From assembly GCA_002305355.1 (NCBI GenBank), contig DBQS01000036.1, positions 15,612 to 79,611 on the forward strand: a DNA stretch of 64,000 nt, in the 5' to 3' direction. Below the pieces are notes generated by a model that saw only the letters and a list, made by a program, of their open reading frames with translations, searched no databases and was not told where the DNA came from. Source of the stretch: Patescibacteria group bacterium UBA1388 (GTDB taxonomy: Bacteria; Patescibacteriota; Microgenomatia; UBA1400; PJMF01). The position numbers and the translations under genes are program-made. Each line of letters opens with the position of its first letter. Position 1 is the stretch's first letter. Of this stretch, positions 8,402-18,020 are shown piece after piece.

Positions 8402-8852
8402 AAGAAGATGGTGGAGTTGATTGGAGTTTAGTTGCCGGCAAAATATTTCTTCACAAACTTGGAGGGTTGTGGATTTTACTTCCGACCAAATCTTCAGCTT
8501 CCATAATTTTTGTTTTTCTAACGGACAAAACTCATTTGAAAAGTGGAACGTTTTGCACATATTATTGAAAACATATTAGTTTTTAGACAACTCAGTATTA
8601 TTTAGACAAGTCAGTTTTTGGTCGATCTAATGTAGCAGATCTCCAAAATTATTCACTGGAAACAAACTTGTCACGCATGGCAAATAAAAGTGGTTAACAA
8701 AAACAATTAACCCGCGCAGTGGCAAAACTTGGATCATTGATCAATAAATTTATACTCAGCCATTATTTTCACAGACCATCCCCCCATGCGAAGAGGATAT
8801 CTAATGTAGTACAATATGACTTCGGCTGATATTTTATTACCAGTCCAAAGGT

Positions 8853-8935
8853 GCCAGGTTACCCAAGCGGTCAACGGGGGCAGACTGTAAATCTGCTGGC
8901 TTACGCCTTCAGAGGTTCGAATCCTTTACCTGGCA
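8853..8935 (+). tRNA. tRNA-Tyr (anticodon GTA), long variable arm
   Basis: Acceptor GCCAGGT/ACCTGGC, anticodon loop CTGTAAA, long variable arm, T-loop TTCGAAT; CCA not encoded. Confidence 0.85.
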
Positions 8936-8956
8936 CTTTTTTAGTGGACAAAAAAT

Positions 8957-9331
8957 ATGCATTTGAATTTTGAAGAATCACCATATTTATTTAACAGGTA
9001 TTCTTCTCAAACTCGCCCTAATACGGAGCTGACTGGCTCGACATTTCGGGAAGATTGGGAAACTGATTATCCCATGGCGGGTTGTGTCTTAAATCACACT
9101 GATCCTCTTACAATCATTTCAGCTGCTCAAAAAAACGGGATTGCTTTTAACTTTGAACAATTTTTACACGCGATGCAATGGGACCCAATGACTCCTTTTG
9201 TCGTTGATTTTAATGGTGGAAGAGTGAAATATTCCAATTTTCTAGAGGTGGTTGGGGTACTCAATCGGTTGCATGCATTAACACATCCCTTCCCGAAATT
9301 AAATCAAAAACAAAGCAGAATTAGCCAATAA
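8957..9331 (+). CDS. Hypothetical protein (124 aa) lying between tRNA genes
   Basis: Open frame only; no recognisable motifs. Confidence 0.35.
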   Translation: MHLNFEESPYLFNRYSSQTRPNTELTGSTFREDWETDYPMAGCVLNHTDPLTIISAAQKNGIAFNFEQFLHAMQWDPMTPFVVDFNGGRVKYSNFLEVVGVLNRLHALTHPFPKLNQKQSRISQ

Positions 9332-9343
9332 CTAGCCTTTAAA

Positions 9344-9352
9344 TGATACAAT
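9344..9352 (+). promoter_or_regulatory. Extended -10 element TGaTACAAT, 12 nt upstream of the tRNA-Thr(TGT) 5' end
   Basis: TGn+TACAAT motif; the same motif recurs upstream of tRNA-Trp, rpmB, purB and cysS. Confidence 0.35.
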
Positions 9353-9363
9353 ACATGGGTAGA

Positions 9364-9437
9364 GCCACCTTAGCTCAGTTGGTCAGAGCGACGGTTTTGT
9401 AAACCGTAGGTCTAGGGTTCGAGTCCCTAAGGTGGCT
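9364..9437 (+). tRNA. tRNA-Thr (anticodon TGT)
   Basis: Acceptor GCCACCT/AGGTGGC, D-stem GCTC/GAGC, anticodon stem ACGGT/ACCGT with loop TTTGTAA, T-loop TTCGAGT. Confidence 0.85.
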
Positions 9438-9795
9438 CAGATTGGTGAAATAGCATATGTTGGAACTAAATTTATGATTGAAATGAAGTGCTATGGTTCA
9501 AGACCAGAAGTATCACTCAGCTCTGATGAAAATTTGCACACTTTTCATAATGCATAAGAAGTAGTAATTTCCTTATTGAAAGGTTAAGTTTGAGGTATGG
9601 TAATAATGAACAAGATGGAACTCATGGTGTTCATAGGAGAAAAAGAGGACGACCACGCAAAGTGAGAGCAGAAATAAGAAAAGCGGAAGCAGAATTAGAA
9701 AATTAACGTCAAGTATGCTAGCTGGCTATAATCTGAGATTTGAGTTATACTACGCCTCTTGAAATAAAATTTTTAAGTGTTTTTGAAAGAAAAAT

Positions 9796-9999
9796 ATGGC
9801 AAAAGCAAAAAAAGGACCACGCCAAATTGTAGGGTTAAAATGCAAAGCATGTGGCAATTTTGGTTACTTAACGGAGTTTAACAAAAATAACGAACAGTTG
9901 AAAAAACAAACCACTGGTGAAACAACTTTCCCCCTGAAGAAGTATTGTGCTGTTTGTCGCAAGCACACCGTGCACGTTCAGGCGAAGAAGTTAAAATAA
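9796..9999 (+). CDS. rpmG: 50S ribosomal protein L33
   Basis: 67 aa, KCKACGN...CAVCRKHTVH C4 zinc ribbon, lysine-rich, L33-like. Confidence 0.8.
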   Translation: MAKAKKGPRQIVGLKCKACGNFGYLTEFNKNNEQLKKQTTGETTFPLKKYCAVCRKHTVHVQAKKLK

Positions 10000-10101
10000 C
10001 TTCCAAATTTTCCGCCTAACCCTAAAACTGTTTACAATTACTGGCCGGTTTATCTATAGGGGGGGTTATTGCTTGTCGAAAACTTTCCCGATCAAGTTCA
10101 T

Positions 10102-11445
10102 CTATTTGGTTTTTCTATTGACGCTGAGTTTGCTGATCTGTTTGTAAGCAGCCACGATATTTTTGGCGCCATTAAGATATAACCGATCAATTCGAAGGAC
10201 ATTGTGCATTGCTTTTTCAATCCAAGATTGGGCTTTTCCTTGGGCAGATTGTAGGACAGCAAGTTGAGTCAGAATTTGCTCGACATTGGCGCGGCGGCTG
10301 ATGTCTTGCTGCTCAAATATTTCCCTAATCCGGTGCTCCCATTCACCCCACTCGCGTAAGGTGAGCACAAAGCAGCCCGCTGCCACAGCATCATAAGTCA
10401 TATCACCTGAGGGCTTGGTAATAAAACCATGCGCCCATGGAAAGGCGTATTTGATTAATAGTTCATTGGCATCCACAATCTGGGGGTGGTAGAGCAGCCG
10501 TAACTTTGCGGAACGATCATTGTCTGCTCCCACAGCTACGCGGTGTTGTTTAGCCATTTCTCTAACCATGGTAGCAATATCGTGGTGAGTGCCAGCATAG
10601 ACAATTAATTTTAAAGCAGGTTTTTGTCTCCTTAATTCTGGCAGAAACTGAAGGAGCAATTGCTCAATCTCGGTTTTATTGGTGCCGAGCCCGCCAGTAG
10701 TTAACGCAAGTTTTAATACACCAGATCGCCATGGTGTTTTTTTCTCTCTACAAGCCACAATTCGGGGATCGACTGGTGAACCAGTCACAAAAATTCGAGA
10801 TGCATCCAATTTTTTGTCTTGAAGCGCAGCCTTTTCCAAAAGTTCCAATTTTGTGTTTTCATCAAAAACGCAGTAATAAAGGTTTGGTTGATCGGCGTAT
10901 GTGACGTAATCGTATCGCACATGAGGATCGGTAATAACCTGTAACACGGTCTTACCTTGACCCACCAAAATGTTTCCGGTGGCAACGTGCAAAGATAAAA
11001 TTGGCCGATTCACACTTTCTGTTAAGTAGAGTAAGGGTTCGGTGATACTGTTTAAGATAGGTAATTTTTGTCTCCCAAATCGGTCAATAAGATCTTTGAC
11101 GTTTTTTAAAATTGGATAACGGGCGATAGTTTTTCCTACTTTGTCCGTCAACTGGACAGAAAACCAATCATCAGCGGAGACATAATTAGTCGGGTCTGCC
11201 AGCCACGCTTTTTTAGGATCTTGTTTACCTCCCCAAACCTGACATGCGACACCAACCGCCATTGAATAATGGGCCCGAGAAAAAACTATATCCTGGGTAG
11301 TGTCAATGTCTGGTAAACCATGCATTTTTTTCAGATCTTCTTGATAAGTGCCAGAAACCGTCACAATTGGTAGCTGGGTTGACTGAAGATACTTTTTGTC
11401 TTTTCTTAGGGTTTTTTCAAGGACGGGGTCAAATAATTCTGGCAT
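10102..11445 (-). CDS. Glycosyltransferase, GT28/MGDG-synthase (UgtP/MurG-like) family
   Basis: LALTTGGLGTN resembles the N-terminal G-rich loop; ITKPSGDMTYDAVAAGCFVL resembles the C-terminal xTKPGGxTxxEAxA motif of MGDG synthases. Confidence 0.45.
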   Translation of the reverse strand: MPELFDPVLEKTLRKDKKYLQSTQLPIVTVSGTYQEDLKKMHGLPDIDTTQDIVFSRAHYSMAVGVACQVWGGKQDPKKAWLADPTNYVSADDWFSVQLTDKVGKTIARYPILKNVKDLIDRFGRQKLPILNSITEPLLYLTESVNRPILSLHVATGNILVGQGKTVLQVITDPHVRYDYVTYADQPNLYYCVFDENTKLELLEKAALQDKKLDASRIFVTGSPVDPRIVACREKKTPWRSGVLKLALTTGGLGTNKTEIEQLLLQFLPELRRQKPALKLIVYAGTHHDIATMVREMAKQHRVAVGADNDRSAKLRLLYHPQIVDANELLIKYAFPWAHGFITKPSGDMTYDAVAAGCFVLTLREWGEWEHRIREIFEQQDISRRANVEQILTQLAVLQSAQGKAQSWIEKAMHNVLRIDRLYLNGAKNIVAAYKQISKLSVNRKTK

Positions 11446-11593
11446 GAAATCTAGTTTATAAGTTTTCTGTCTGGTCGTCTAGAGGAAGACTGGGCAAAAC
11501 AAAGTGCCAATAAATGGATGAAAAACTTCTCCAGATCAAAATAAATTTAAATGAGGATTGGCTAACTTAACGTGTGATCGATTGAACAGATTA

Positions 11594-12223
11594 CTAAATA
11601 CCGATTTGTTGAATCGTCACTTGTTCACTCACAAAGATGCCGTAGTTACAAGGGCATTGACCGCCGGTATTAATGTTCTCACCTGAGGATGGGGTAGGGT
11701 TGGCAAATGCCATCACCTCAATCATCTGCACTTGATTATTCATAAGCCGCAAATAACCGGCTACTGAACCAAAAGGACTTTGTATATCCTGAGTGTTGAT
11801 CCGGTAACCATTGATTTCAAGTGATTTAGAAAAGCCCTGATTGGTGAGGTATTGGTCGGCAGCGGTCATGAACTGTTCTGGTGAGAGTGCAGGTTGACTA
11901 CTGGTCGATGCATTAACATCTTGATTAAGATCAACTGTAGTTTCCGCGACCCACAACTGCCCATTTGGAAAAAAAGATCTGTGGTCATTTGTAGAAGTTG
12001 ATTCAACTGTCAATAACGGTTGGTAACTTTGAAAAAAGATCGGTCGATTATCATTCGTTGTTTTGGTAAAACTCAATTCAGGGTAGAGGTTTGATATTTG
12101 TTCGGCTGAAACTAAGGTCAAAGTAGGTGGAAACAGTTGAGTTCGAAATTTGAACATTAAAAGCCCGGTTGCCAATATTGCCGTTAATAAAATTACAAAT
12201 AAATATAGTCTCTTTTTGCTCAT
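11594..12223 (-). CDS. Hypothetical secreted protein (N-terminal signal/TM)
   Basis: N-terminus MSKKRLYLFVILLTAILATGLLMF; nothing else recognisable. Confidence 0.45.
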   Translation of the reverse strand: MSKKRLYLFVILLTAILATGLLMFKFRTQLFPPTLTLVSAEQISNLYPELSFTKTTNDNRPIFFQSYQPLLTVESTSTNDHRSFFPNGQLWVAETTVDLNQDVNASTSSQPALSPEQFMTAADQYLTNQGFSKSLEINGYRINTQDIQSPFGSVAGYLRLMNNQVQMIEVMAFANPTPSSGENINTGGQCPCNYGIFVSEQVTIQQIGI

Positions 12224-12302
12224 GGGGAGTAGCTTATCATGAAATAATGAATGGAACTATTTTGTATAAGTAGGATGAAACTAAAATATTACCTGGTCTT
12301 TA

Positions 12303-12311
12303 TGTTACAAT
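12303..12311 (+). promoter_or_regulatory. Extended -10 element TGTTACAAT upstream of tRNA-Trp
   Basis: Motif lies 36 nt upstream of the tRNA 5' end. Confidence 0.35.
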
Positions 12312-12347
12312 TCTTGGCGAAGGTGCGCGAGTTGTTGTGCCTGAGTT

Positions 12348-12418
12348 AGGGGCGTCGGTTAACGGTAAACCACAGGTCTCCAAAACCTGAACTGAAGGTT
12401 CGATTCCTTCCGCCCCTG
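12348..12418 (+). tRNA. tRNA-Trp (anticodon CCA)
   Basis: Acceptor AGGGGCG/CGCCCCT, D-stem GGTT/AACC, anticodon stem CAGGT/ACCTG with loop CTCCAAA, T-stem GAAGG/CCTTC with TTCGATT; CCA not encoded. Confidence 0.8.
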
Positions 12419-12431
12419 CTTTAATAAATTT

Positions 12432-13109
12432 CTAACTTGTTGTACATGCTGTTTTCACCGCTTTAATCACAATTTGGTGCGCGTATGCGTTTGGGAAAAG
12501 CTTTAAAATTGGAGTTAGCCATTTGGCACCACCAGCCGGGTCGTAACCTTCAGCAATGGGTTTGAGTCCCGCATTAATTAGAGCTTGGCGTAAGCTGTCT
12601 AAGGTAAAAAATTTGGTGTGAGTGCGGTCAAAAATACCATAATCCTCGTATTCCCATTCACCTTGTAACAATCTCAATCGCGAGCGCCAAAATGCAATAT
12701 TGGGTACGGCGATCACAGCGTGACCTTGCGGTTTGAGCACCGATCGAATTTTTTCAAGTACCAGCCACGGATCAAGTAAGTGTTCAATTACGTTAGATGC
12801 CAGCACGACGTCATATGGGGCATGGCGCTTAATCTTGAGCCATGTTTTTTGCTCATCTAGATTCGCAATGATCAGGTGTTGTAGATGAGATTTAGCTTTA
12901 GCCGCAACAGCTTTTTCGGCATCAACACCAATCACTCTGCAATGCTTAACTTCTTGCAAGTATTGACTATGATAACCAGTGGCGCAACCTAACTCTAAAA
13001 CTTTCGAATAGGCTGGAATCATGTTAAGAGTTAGCCGGTCAATGTGATCTTTAGCCAAGCTGTCATAGTTAAAATGATTCCAATCATACTTACCGAATTC
13101 TCGTTGCAT
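12432..13109 (-). CDS. Class I SAM-dependent methyltransferase
   Basis: VLELGCATGYHSQYL is motif I (GxGxG); acidic residue after the beta2 strand (VIGVDAE). Confidence 0.75.
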   Translation of the reverse strand: MQREFGKYDWNHFNYDSLAKDHIDRLTLNMIPAYSKVLELGCATGYHSQYLQEVKHCRVIGVDAEKAVAAKAKSHLQHLIIANLDEQKTWLKIKRHAPYDVVLASNVIEHLLDPWLVLEKIRSVLKPQGHAVIAVPNIAFWRSRLRLLQGEWEYEDYGIFDRTHTKFFTLDSLRQALINAGLKPIAEGYDPAGGAKWLTPILKLFPNAYAHQIVIKAVKTACTTS

Positions 13110-13195
13110 ACAACTATTATAAGCGATTGTTAAAAATAGAGATGTGGTTGAAAAAATGGTGCTGTATAATCTTTTTCAAAGAAAGGGGGTGGTTT

Positions 13196-13498
13196 ATGAA
13201 AGGTTTTATTGACTTTATTCGTGAGCAAGGCGTTGTCAACTTAGCGATTGCTTTTGTTTTGGGAGCTGCGGTGACCAAGGTAGTGAATTCTTTTGTGAAT
13301 GACATTATCAATCCTGTGGTTGGCATCTTATTGGGATCAACTGCTGGTTTGGCGTCTGCCAAACTCACCTTAGGACCAATTTCAATTATGTGGGGCAGTT
13401 TTGTGAGTGTGTTAATTGATTTTGTGATCATCGCTGCGGTGATCTATTACGGTTTTAAGTGGTTGGGTTTGGAAAAAATTGACAAGAAAAAGAAGTAG
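13196..13498 (+). CDS. mscL: Large-conductance mechanosensitive channel MscL (start taken at the internal ATG with an AAAGGGGGTGG RBS)
   Basis: MKGFIDFIREQGVVNLAIAFVLGAAVTKVVNSFVNDIINP matches the MscL TM1/N-terminus; second TM helix and basic C-terminus present. Confidence 0.8.
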   Translation: MKGFIDFIREQGVVNLAIAFVLGAAVTKVVNSFVNDIINPVVGILLGSTAGLASAKLTLGPISIMWGSFVSVLIDFVIIAAVIYYGFKWLGLEKIDKKKK

Positions 13499-13616
13499 AG
13501 AAAATCAATTGAGAGTCTAATTTTTTGTTAGCTAATTTAAGTTTTTTTGGTTTTTAGGTGTGTTGTTGTTGGAGTTTGTTTAAGCTAACTCATTTCGCAG
13601 ATGCTAAGATAGTGAT

Positions 13617-14345
13617 GTGCATTTTTCTAGGAAAGGGTTATTGGTTGGAAGTTTATTTGTTTTGCCATTGGTGACACTGTGGTTAATTATTGCATCAACT
13701 ACCGATCGCTTCGCATTACCTTTTTTGATTGATCATGATTTTTTTCTTGGAGATGGATTGAAAACAAGGTTTATTGATTCAGAATTGACCTCACAAAAGT
13801 TGCACCAAACTTGGCTGAGTGAATCTCAAGGTGGTGTTTCAAGAAGCAGTGACACTCAAGTTGGAGTGCAAGCTGTAGGAACAAACCGGTTGGATCGCAG
13901 CCAACCAAATTGGTTAAGAAGATATTGTTTTGACTTAATTCAAGAAGTAGCTTTCATTCCTACACCATATGAACGCAGGAGAGGACCAAACTTTAATTTG
14001 CCTCCTATTTATCAACCAGAAAGGTATGTGGGGGCATCGCAAGTTTCAACTTGTAACTTAGATTACTATATTCATCCTGTCAACAAAGCTGCCTTTGCCG
14101 ACATTGGTATCGAGTACCAATATAGCCAATTAGTGTGGCAGGAATTTCAAAAGGCGGTCGCTGCTTCCATTTCTGCCCAACTGCAAAATCAGGACTGGCG
14201 GGTGGCAATTGGTGATCAATCGGAGGAAGAGCCAGCGTTGATGCTGACCCGCATTAATAGGTTGGAAAATTTGCGTGAGTATCTTGACGTTTTCTTTACT
14301 AACGATGAGGAAATTGTATTTGAGCTATTAGTGGTTGAACCATGA
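13617..14345 (+). CDS. Hypothetical membrane-anchored protein, translationally coupled (ATGA) to the downstream L,D-transpeptidase
   Basis: N-terminal TM LLVGSLFVLPLVTLWLIIAS; no known motif. Confidence 0.45.
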   Translation: MHFSRKGLLVGSLFVLPLVTLWLIIASTTDRFALPFLIDHDFFLGDGLKTRFIDSELTSQKLHQTWLSESQGGVSRSSDTQVGVQAVGTNRLDRSQPNWLRRYCFDLIQEVAFIPTPYERRRGPNFNLPPIYQPERYVGASQVSTCNLDYYIHPVNKAAFADIGIEYQYSQLVWQEFQKAVAASISAQLQNQDWRVAIGDQSEEEPALMLTRINRLENLREYLDVFFTNDEEIVFELLVVEP

Positions 14346-15082
14346 TCAAAGACTTATTGTGTCACAAATTACTTGTTCTTGCGGCAATGGTTATTACCAG
14401 CGGGTTATTTGCTCATTATTTACTTCATCAGGTTTTGCCTTATCACTTATCTGTTCAGGATGAATTTTCTGCAAACGATTTTAATGGTGAGTATGATTAT
14501 GACCAGCAGCAAGGCGAATTTATAGGGAAACAGGTTAGTTCGGTACCGGATGAAGCGGTTGGGACCAAGCAGGTATTGGGTTTAACCGATCACGCGCTTT
14601 CTCCTGCAGAGCTGGATGATAGTGGTAGTAGTTTGAACAAATTGATTGAAGTTGATTTAACGAACCAAAAGTTGTATGCATTGGAAAATGGTGAGCGGGT
14701 GGCAGAGTATGATGTTTCTACTGGCAAATGGGGTAGAACACCAACGGGCGAATTCACAATTTGGACTAAATATCGATTTACCAAAATGTCGGGTGGCAGC
14801 AAAGCTCTCGGCACCTACTATTATTTACCTAATGTGCCTTACACGATGTATTTTTATAATGCCGAAATACCCAAAAATCGCGGTTATGGCATTCATGGCG
14901 CTTACTGGCATAGCAACTTTGGAGAAGTGATGAGTCATGGTTGTATCAACATGCGTACCAGGGATGTGGAGAAGCTTTATTATTGGGCAGGACCAGACAC
15001 TGGTGGCAAGTCGTCTATTAACGCCACAGCCGATAATCCTGGCACCAAAATTGTAATTTATGGAGAGGCACCAATAGAATAA
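14342..15082 (+). CDS. L,D-transpeptidase (YkuD domain)
   Basis: N-terminal TM; catalytic motif GIHGAYWHSNFGEVMSHGCINM (HG...SHGC). Confidence 0.75.
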   Translation: MIKDLLCHKLLVLAAMVITSGLFAHYLLHQVLPYHLSVQDEFSANDFNGEYDYDQQQGEFIGKQVSSVPDEAVGTKQVLGLTDHALSPAELDDSGSSLNKLIEVDLTNQKLYALENGERVAEYDVSTGKWGRTPTGEFTIWTKYRFTKMSGGSKALGTYYYLPNVPYTMYFYNAEIPKNRGYGIHGAYWHSNFGEVMSHGCINMRTRDVEKLYYWAGPDTGGKSSINATADNPGTKIVIYGEAPIE

Positions 15083-15150
15083 TGTGGTAGAAAATTTTGG
15101 CTGATTTTCACAATTTCTTCTTGTTGTGAATTAGATATCACTTTGATACT

Positions 15151-16521
15151 ATGACGATAATTTTGAGGTGTTGTAGGATTGTTATAAGAAATAACATCAT
15201 GAGCAGGCACAGTGTGGAGCAAAAACTTGATATTGTAAAAAGAGAGGATAGCTCCAGAAAAAGAAGCAAACCAAATTCTGCCATCCATATTCCCCCTAGT
15301 TTTTGGGATTATTATCCGCCATTAGCCCAACAATTGAACGATGCTCATCCTTCAATTCGTTTTGATCTAAAAAGGTTTGGAAATGGCATGCCATTATTGT
15401 TGAGTGGTCGGGCAAAAAGAGTTGTAATGCCAATCATCATTGCTGGAGATAACTTTGAAGAAGCAAAAAATGATATCGATGCAGCTGGTGTATTTACTCA
15501 GCACAGGGAAAGAATTGGCAAGAATGTTGATGAGTTGAGATTGTTGTTAGTTCATGGTGATCTCAGACAAGATCAAGCAGCTTTAAAACCGATTCCAGGT
15601 AAAGAAAGACATGAGGTGGCAATTGTGGAGGCTCAGGAAAGCACGACTCTTAAATTGGCTCACTTAATGGCAGATATTGCTCACGTTAGCCATCTTTTGC
15701 TAATTGATGGACATAGTCAGTTGGCAGTGAGTCATTTTGAAAATGTTGGTATCCCAGTGATTAATGTTTCTGCCGCATTCTTGATGATTGATGTGCTTAG
15801 AGAGAGGGGTTTGCTTGAGGATAACATTGAAAATGTGATATGTGGGGTTGATTTTGGCAATCTTTCTCTAGTTGAGCAGATAATTAAGAGATACAAGAAA
15901 GAAGGCCTCGATCTTGATTTAGCAGTGATTCAAAAGTGGCGGGTAGCTGACGAAAGTGGTGTTAAAAGTCACACCGAGAGGGAATTAATATATGGCAATG
16001 TAAAAGGGAAGAGGGTAATTTTGATGGATGACATGATTAGCAGCGGCGAAACATTGGTGGGAACTGTTGAGTTATTATTGCAACAGGGTGCAGAAAGAGT
16101 AATTGTGTGTGGCACTCATCCAGTTTTTGCGCCTGGTTACTACGATCATATTAAGCAATTGTTGGCTGATGATCGTGTTGAAGTGGTGATGACCACTAAC
16201 ACGCTGCCGTTAGTAAGGCCATCGCAAAGTGGTAATAGAGACTTGCCTTATATTGCGGGTGGTATGAGAGGTTTAAATAGTCCGCGAAAAGAAATGGAAA
16301 TGATTGATATTCAACCATTCGTTGGGATGCTGGCTCAAGTGATGATGTTCAGTGAAACGGCTGCAGAAATGCGAGCTAAATTGGCGAAATGGATAGTTGA
16401 TTTACAACCTCCATATGAACTGGCAGCGAAATTGACAGGTATGAAAATTGAAAAACCAAATGTAACCATGATTTATACATCTGAGGGAGAATATATTCCC
16501 TTAATAGAGCAGGATGATTAG
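15151..16521 (+). CDS. prs: Ribose-phosphate pyrophosphokinase (PRPP synthetase) family protein with an N-terminal extension; true start may be M17 at 15199
   Basis: KRFGNGMPLL matches the Prs N-terminus KLFAGN; the PRPP-binding loop VILMDDMISSGETL and GTHPVF are present; the canonical RQDRR motif reads RQDQA. Confidence 0.55.
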   Translation: MTIILRCCRIVIRNNIMSRHSVEQKLDIVKREDSSRKRSKPNSAIHIPPSFWDYYPPLAQQLNDAHPSIRFDLKRFGNGMPLLLSGRAKRVVMPIIIAGDNFEEAKNDIDAAGVFTQHRERIGKNVDELRLLLVHGDLRQDQAALKPIPGKERHEVAIVEAQESTTLKLAHLMADIAHVSHLLLIDGHSQLAVSHFENVGIPVINVSAAFLMIDVLRERGLLEDNIENVICGVDFGNLSLVEQIIKRYKKEGLDLDLAVIQKWRVADESGVKSHTERELIYGNVKGKRVILMDDMISSGETLVGTVELLLQQGAERVIVCGTHPVFAPGYYDHIKQLLADDRVEVVMTTNTLPLVRPSQSGNRDLPYIAGGMRGLNSPRKEMEMIDIQPFVGMLAQVMMFSETAAEMRAKLAKWIVDLQPPYELAAKLTGMKIEKPNVTMIYTSEGEYIPLIEQDD

Positions 16522-16665
16522 AGAGATATTTTTCTCTGGTTGCATTCAACAAAATTATCTTTAAATCTTCTCTAGATCAGATTCACAACAGAAACGATAA
16601 TTGCAGTGTTAGTTGGCTACTAAATGGATGTCACCAATTAGTGAAGCTGTCAGCAACTAACTTGA

Positions 16666-17466
16666 TTATAAACACGGATCAATTCCTGGCTGAGAATCTA
16701 AAAAGAGGATCAAACCTTGAGCCAATCCTTCCCCGGGAATTTCTGGGTGATGAATTAAAAAGTGTTGATCACCTGAGTTACTGAGGAAACCAGTTTCTAA
16801 GAGGGTAGCGGGTGTTTTAGAGTCAATGGCGTGTTGGAATCTGTCTGGAGAAAAAGAGTAATAATGAGTCATGTTTTGGGTAATGTTATGGGCATCTTCG
16901 GGCATTTTAGTGACTTGAGCATATTTTTGTCTGATTGATTCAGTGAGTTGCTTTGAGCGGCCGCTCCAATCCCTCTCTGGTCCCGCAATTTTGAAGCCGT
17001 TAGCGCTTGGGTTGGTATCGCTTCCATCAGCATGAATTGAGACAAAAGCGGCCGCTTGGTATCTGATCGGGACTACAGCTTCCAATAAATCTACTTGAAT
17101 ACCATGTTTTTCTAAGATTTGTTTGGCTGCTACAGCAATTCGGTGGTTGGATTCCCACTCCATTAGACCTCCTCCGTAAGCGCCGGTGTTACCGACCAAC
17201 CATGACAATTCTGCAGGCGGATGTTGATTGTTCCAGTGACCAACTTGCAAACCAACTTTCAGATGATGACAAGTGTAATCTGCCACGTCAGGTCCCGAAT
17301 TCCTTCTCGTGAGCTCGTTAAAAGCAAAGGCAGTTAGCTTGGGAACCGATAATGCTTGGTCGCTACCCACCCGAATAAGGACGAGCGATGACACAAATAA
17401 GCAAAAACTAAAAGTGATAATAAGCTTGTAATATCTTGACAACATAATATTCCCATAAAATGGCAC
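16666..17466 (-). CDS. N-acetylmuramoyl-L-alanine amidase (Amidase_3 family), membrane-anchored
   Basis: N-terminal TM; AAFVSIHADGS matches the Amidase_3 SIHADA motif; HHLKVGLQVGHWNN looks like a zinc-ligand region. Confidence 0.65.
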   Translation of the reverse strand: MPFYGNIMLSRYYKLIITFSFCLFVSSLVLIRVGSDQALSVPKLTAFAFNELTRRNSGPDVADYTCHHLKVGLQVGHWNNQHPPAELSWLVGNTGAYGGGLMEWESNHRIAVAAKQILEKHGIQVDLLEAVVPIRYQAAAFVSIHADGSDTNPSANGFKIAGPERDWSGRSKQLTESIRQKYAQVTKMPEDAHNITQNMTHYYSFSPDRFQHAIDSKTPATLLETGFLSNSGDQHFLIHHPEIPGEGLAQGLILFLDSQPGIDPCL

Positions 17467-18020
17467 GAAACGGCAATGTTACTGGATGAGATAGTAATCA
17501 ACAATAGAAGCAATAACGTCTTTAGACATCAATCTAGACTAATTTAAAGAAATTTGAAAAAATTTGTGTGGATTTGTACCCACCATGAACAAAAATAGCG
17601 AAGAATCAATCCTCCGCTATTTGCATAAGCCCCGTGTTTTTTTGCGAGGACACATGTGTCATTGCTTCCGTACATTCTATCCGCCACTCAGTAGAAGTTG
17701 AAGCACAGTGACGAGTGACATTATCATGATTTTTGTTGAAAAAAAGATGAGCCTTTTGTAATAGAGTTGTAAGAGTTATGATCTTTTTTTGGGTTGAATG
17801 GGAGTAAAACTACGATAAGCATTTACCAATATAAGCATTCGCCAACCACCAAACCGAGCAAGTGCTCGGTTGTAGTGATCTGTCCAGCGATGTGTCGGTT
17901 ATTCGCTAAAAGGAACTATATCTTCCGCTTGTAAGACAGTAATTCCAAGTTTGTAATAGCTAAGTAAGAGAATGCTGATATTTTCTAGATTAATGAATAT
18001 ATTTGGTATACTGTTAAGAT

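Noticed and set aside
8288-8568. ORFs 8288..8560 (-) and 8341..8568 (+)
   Set aside because: They overlap the well-formed tRNA-Thr(GGT) gene at 8326..8401 and have no coding features; spurious.
9440-9795. Possible small ORF or ncRNA between tRNA-Thr(TGT) and rpmG (RRKRGRPRK-encoding frame)
   Set aside because: No start codon in frame and no stable hairpins; most likely the promoter/leader region of rpmG.
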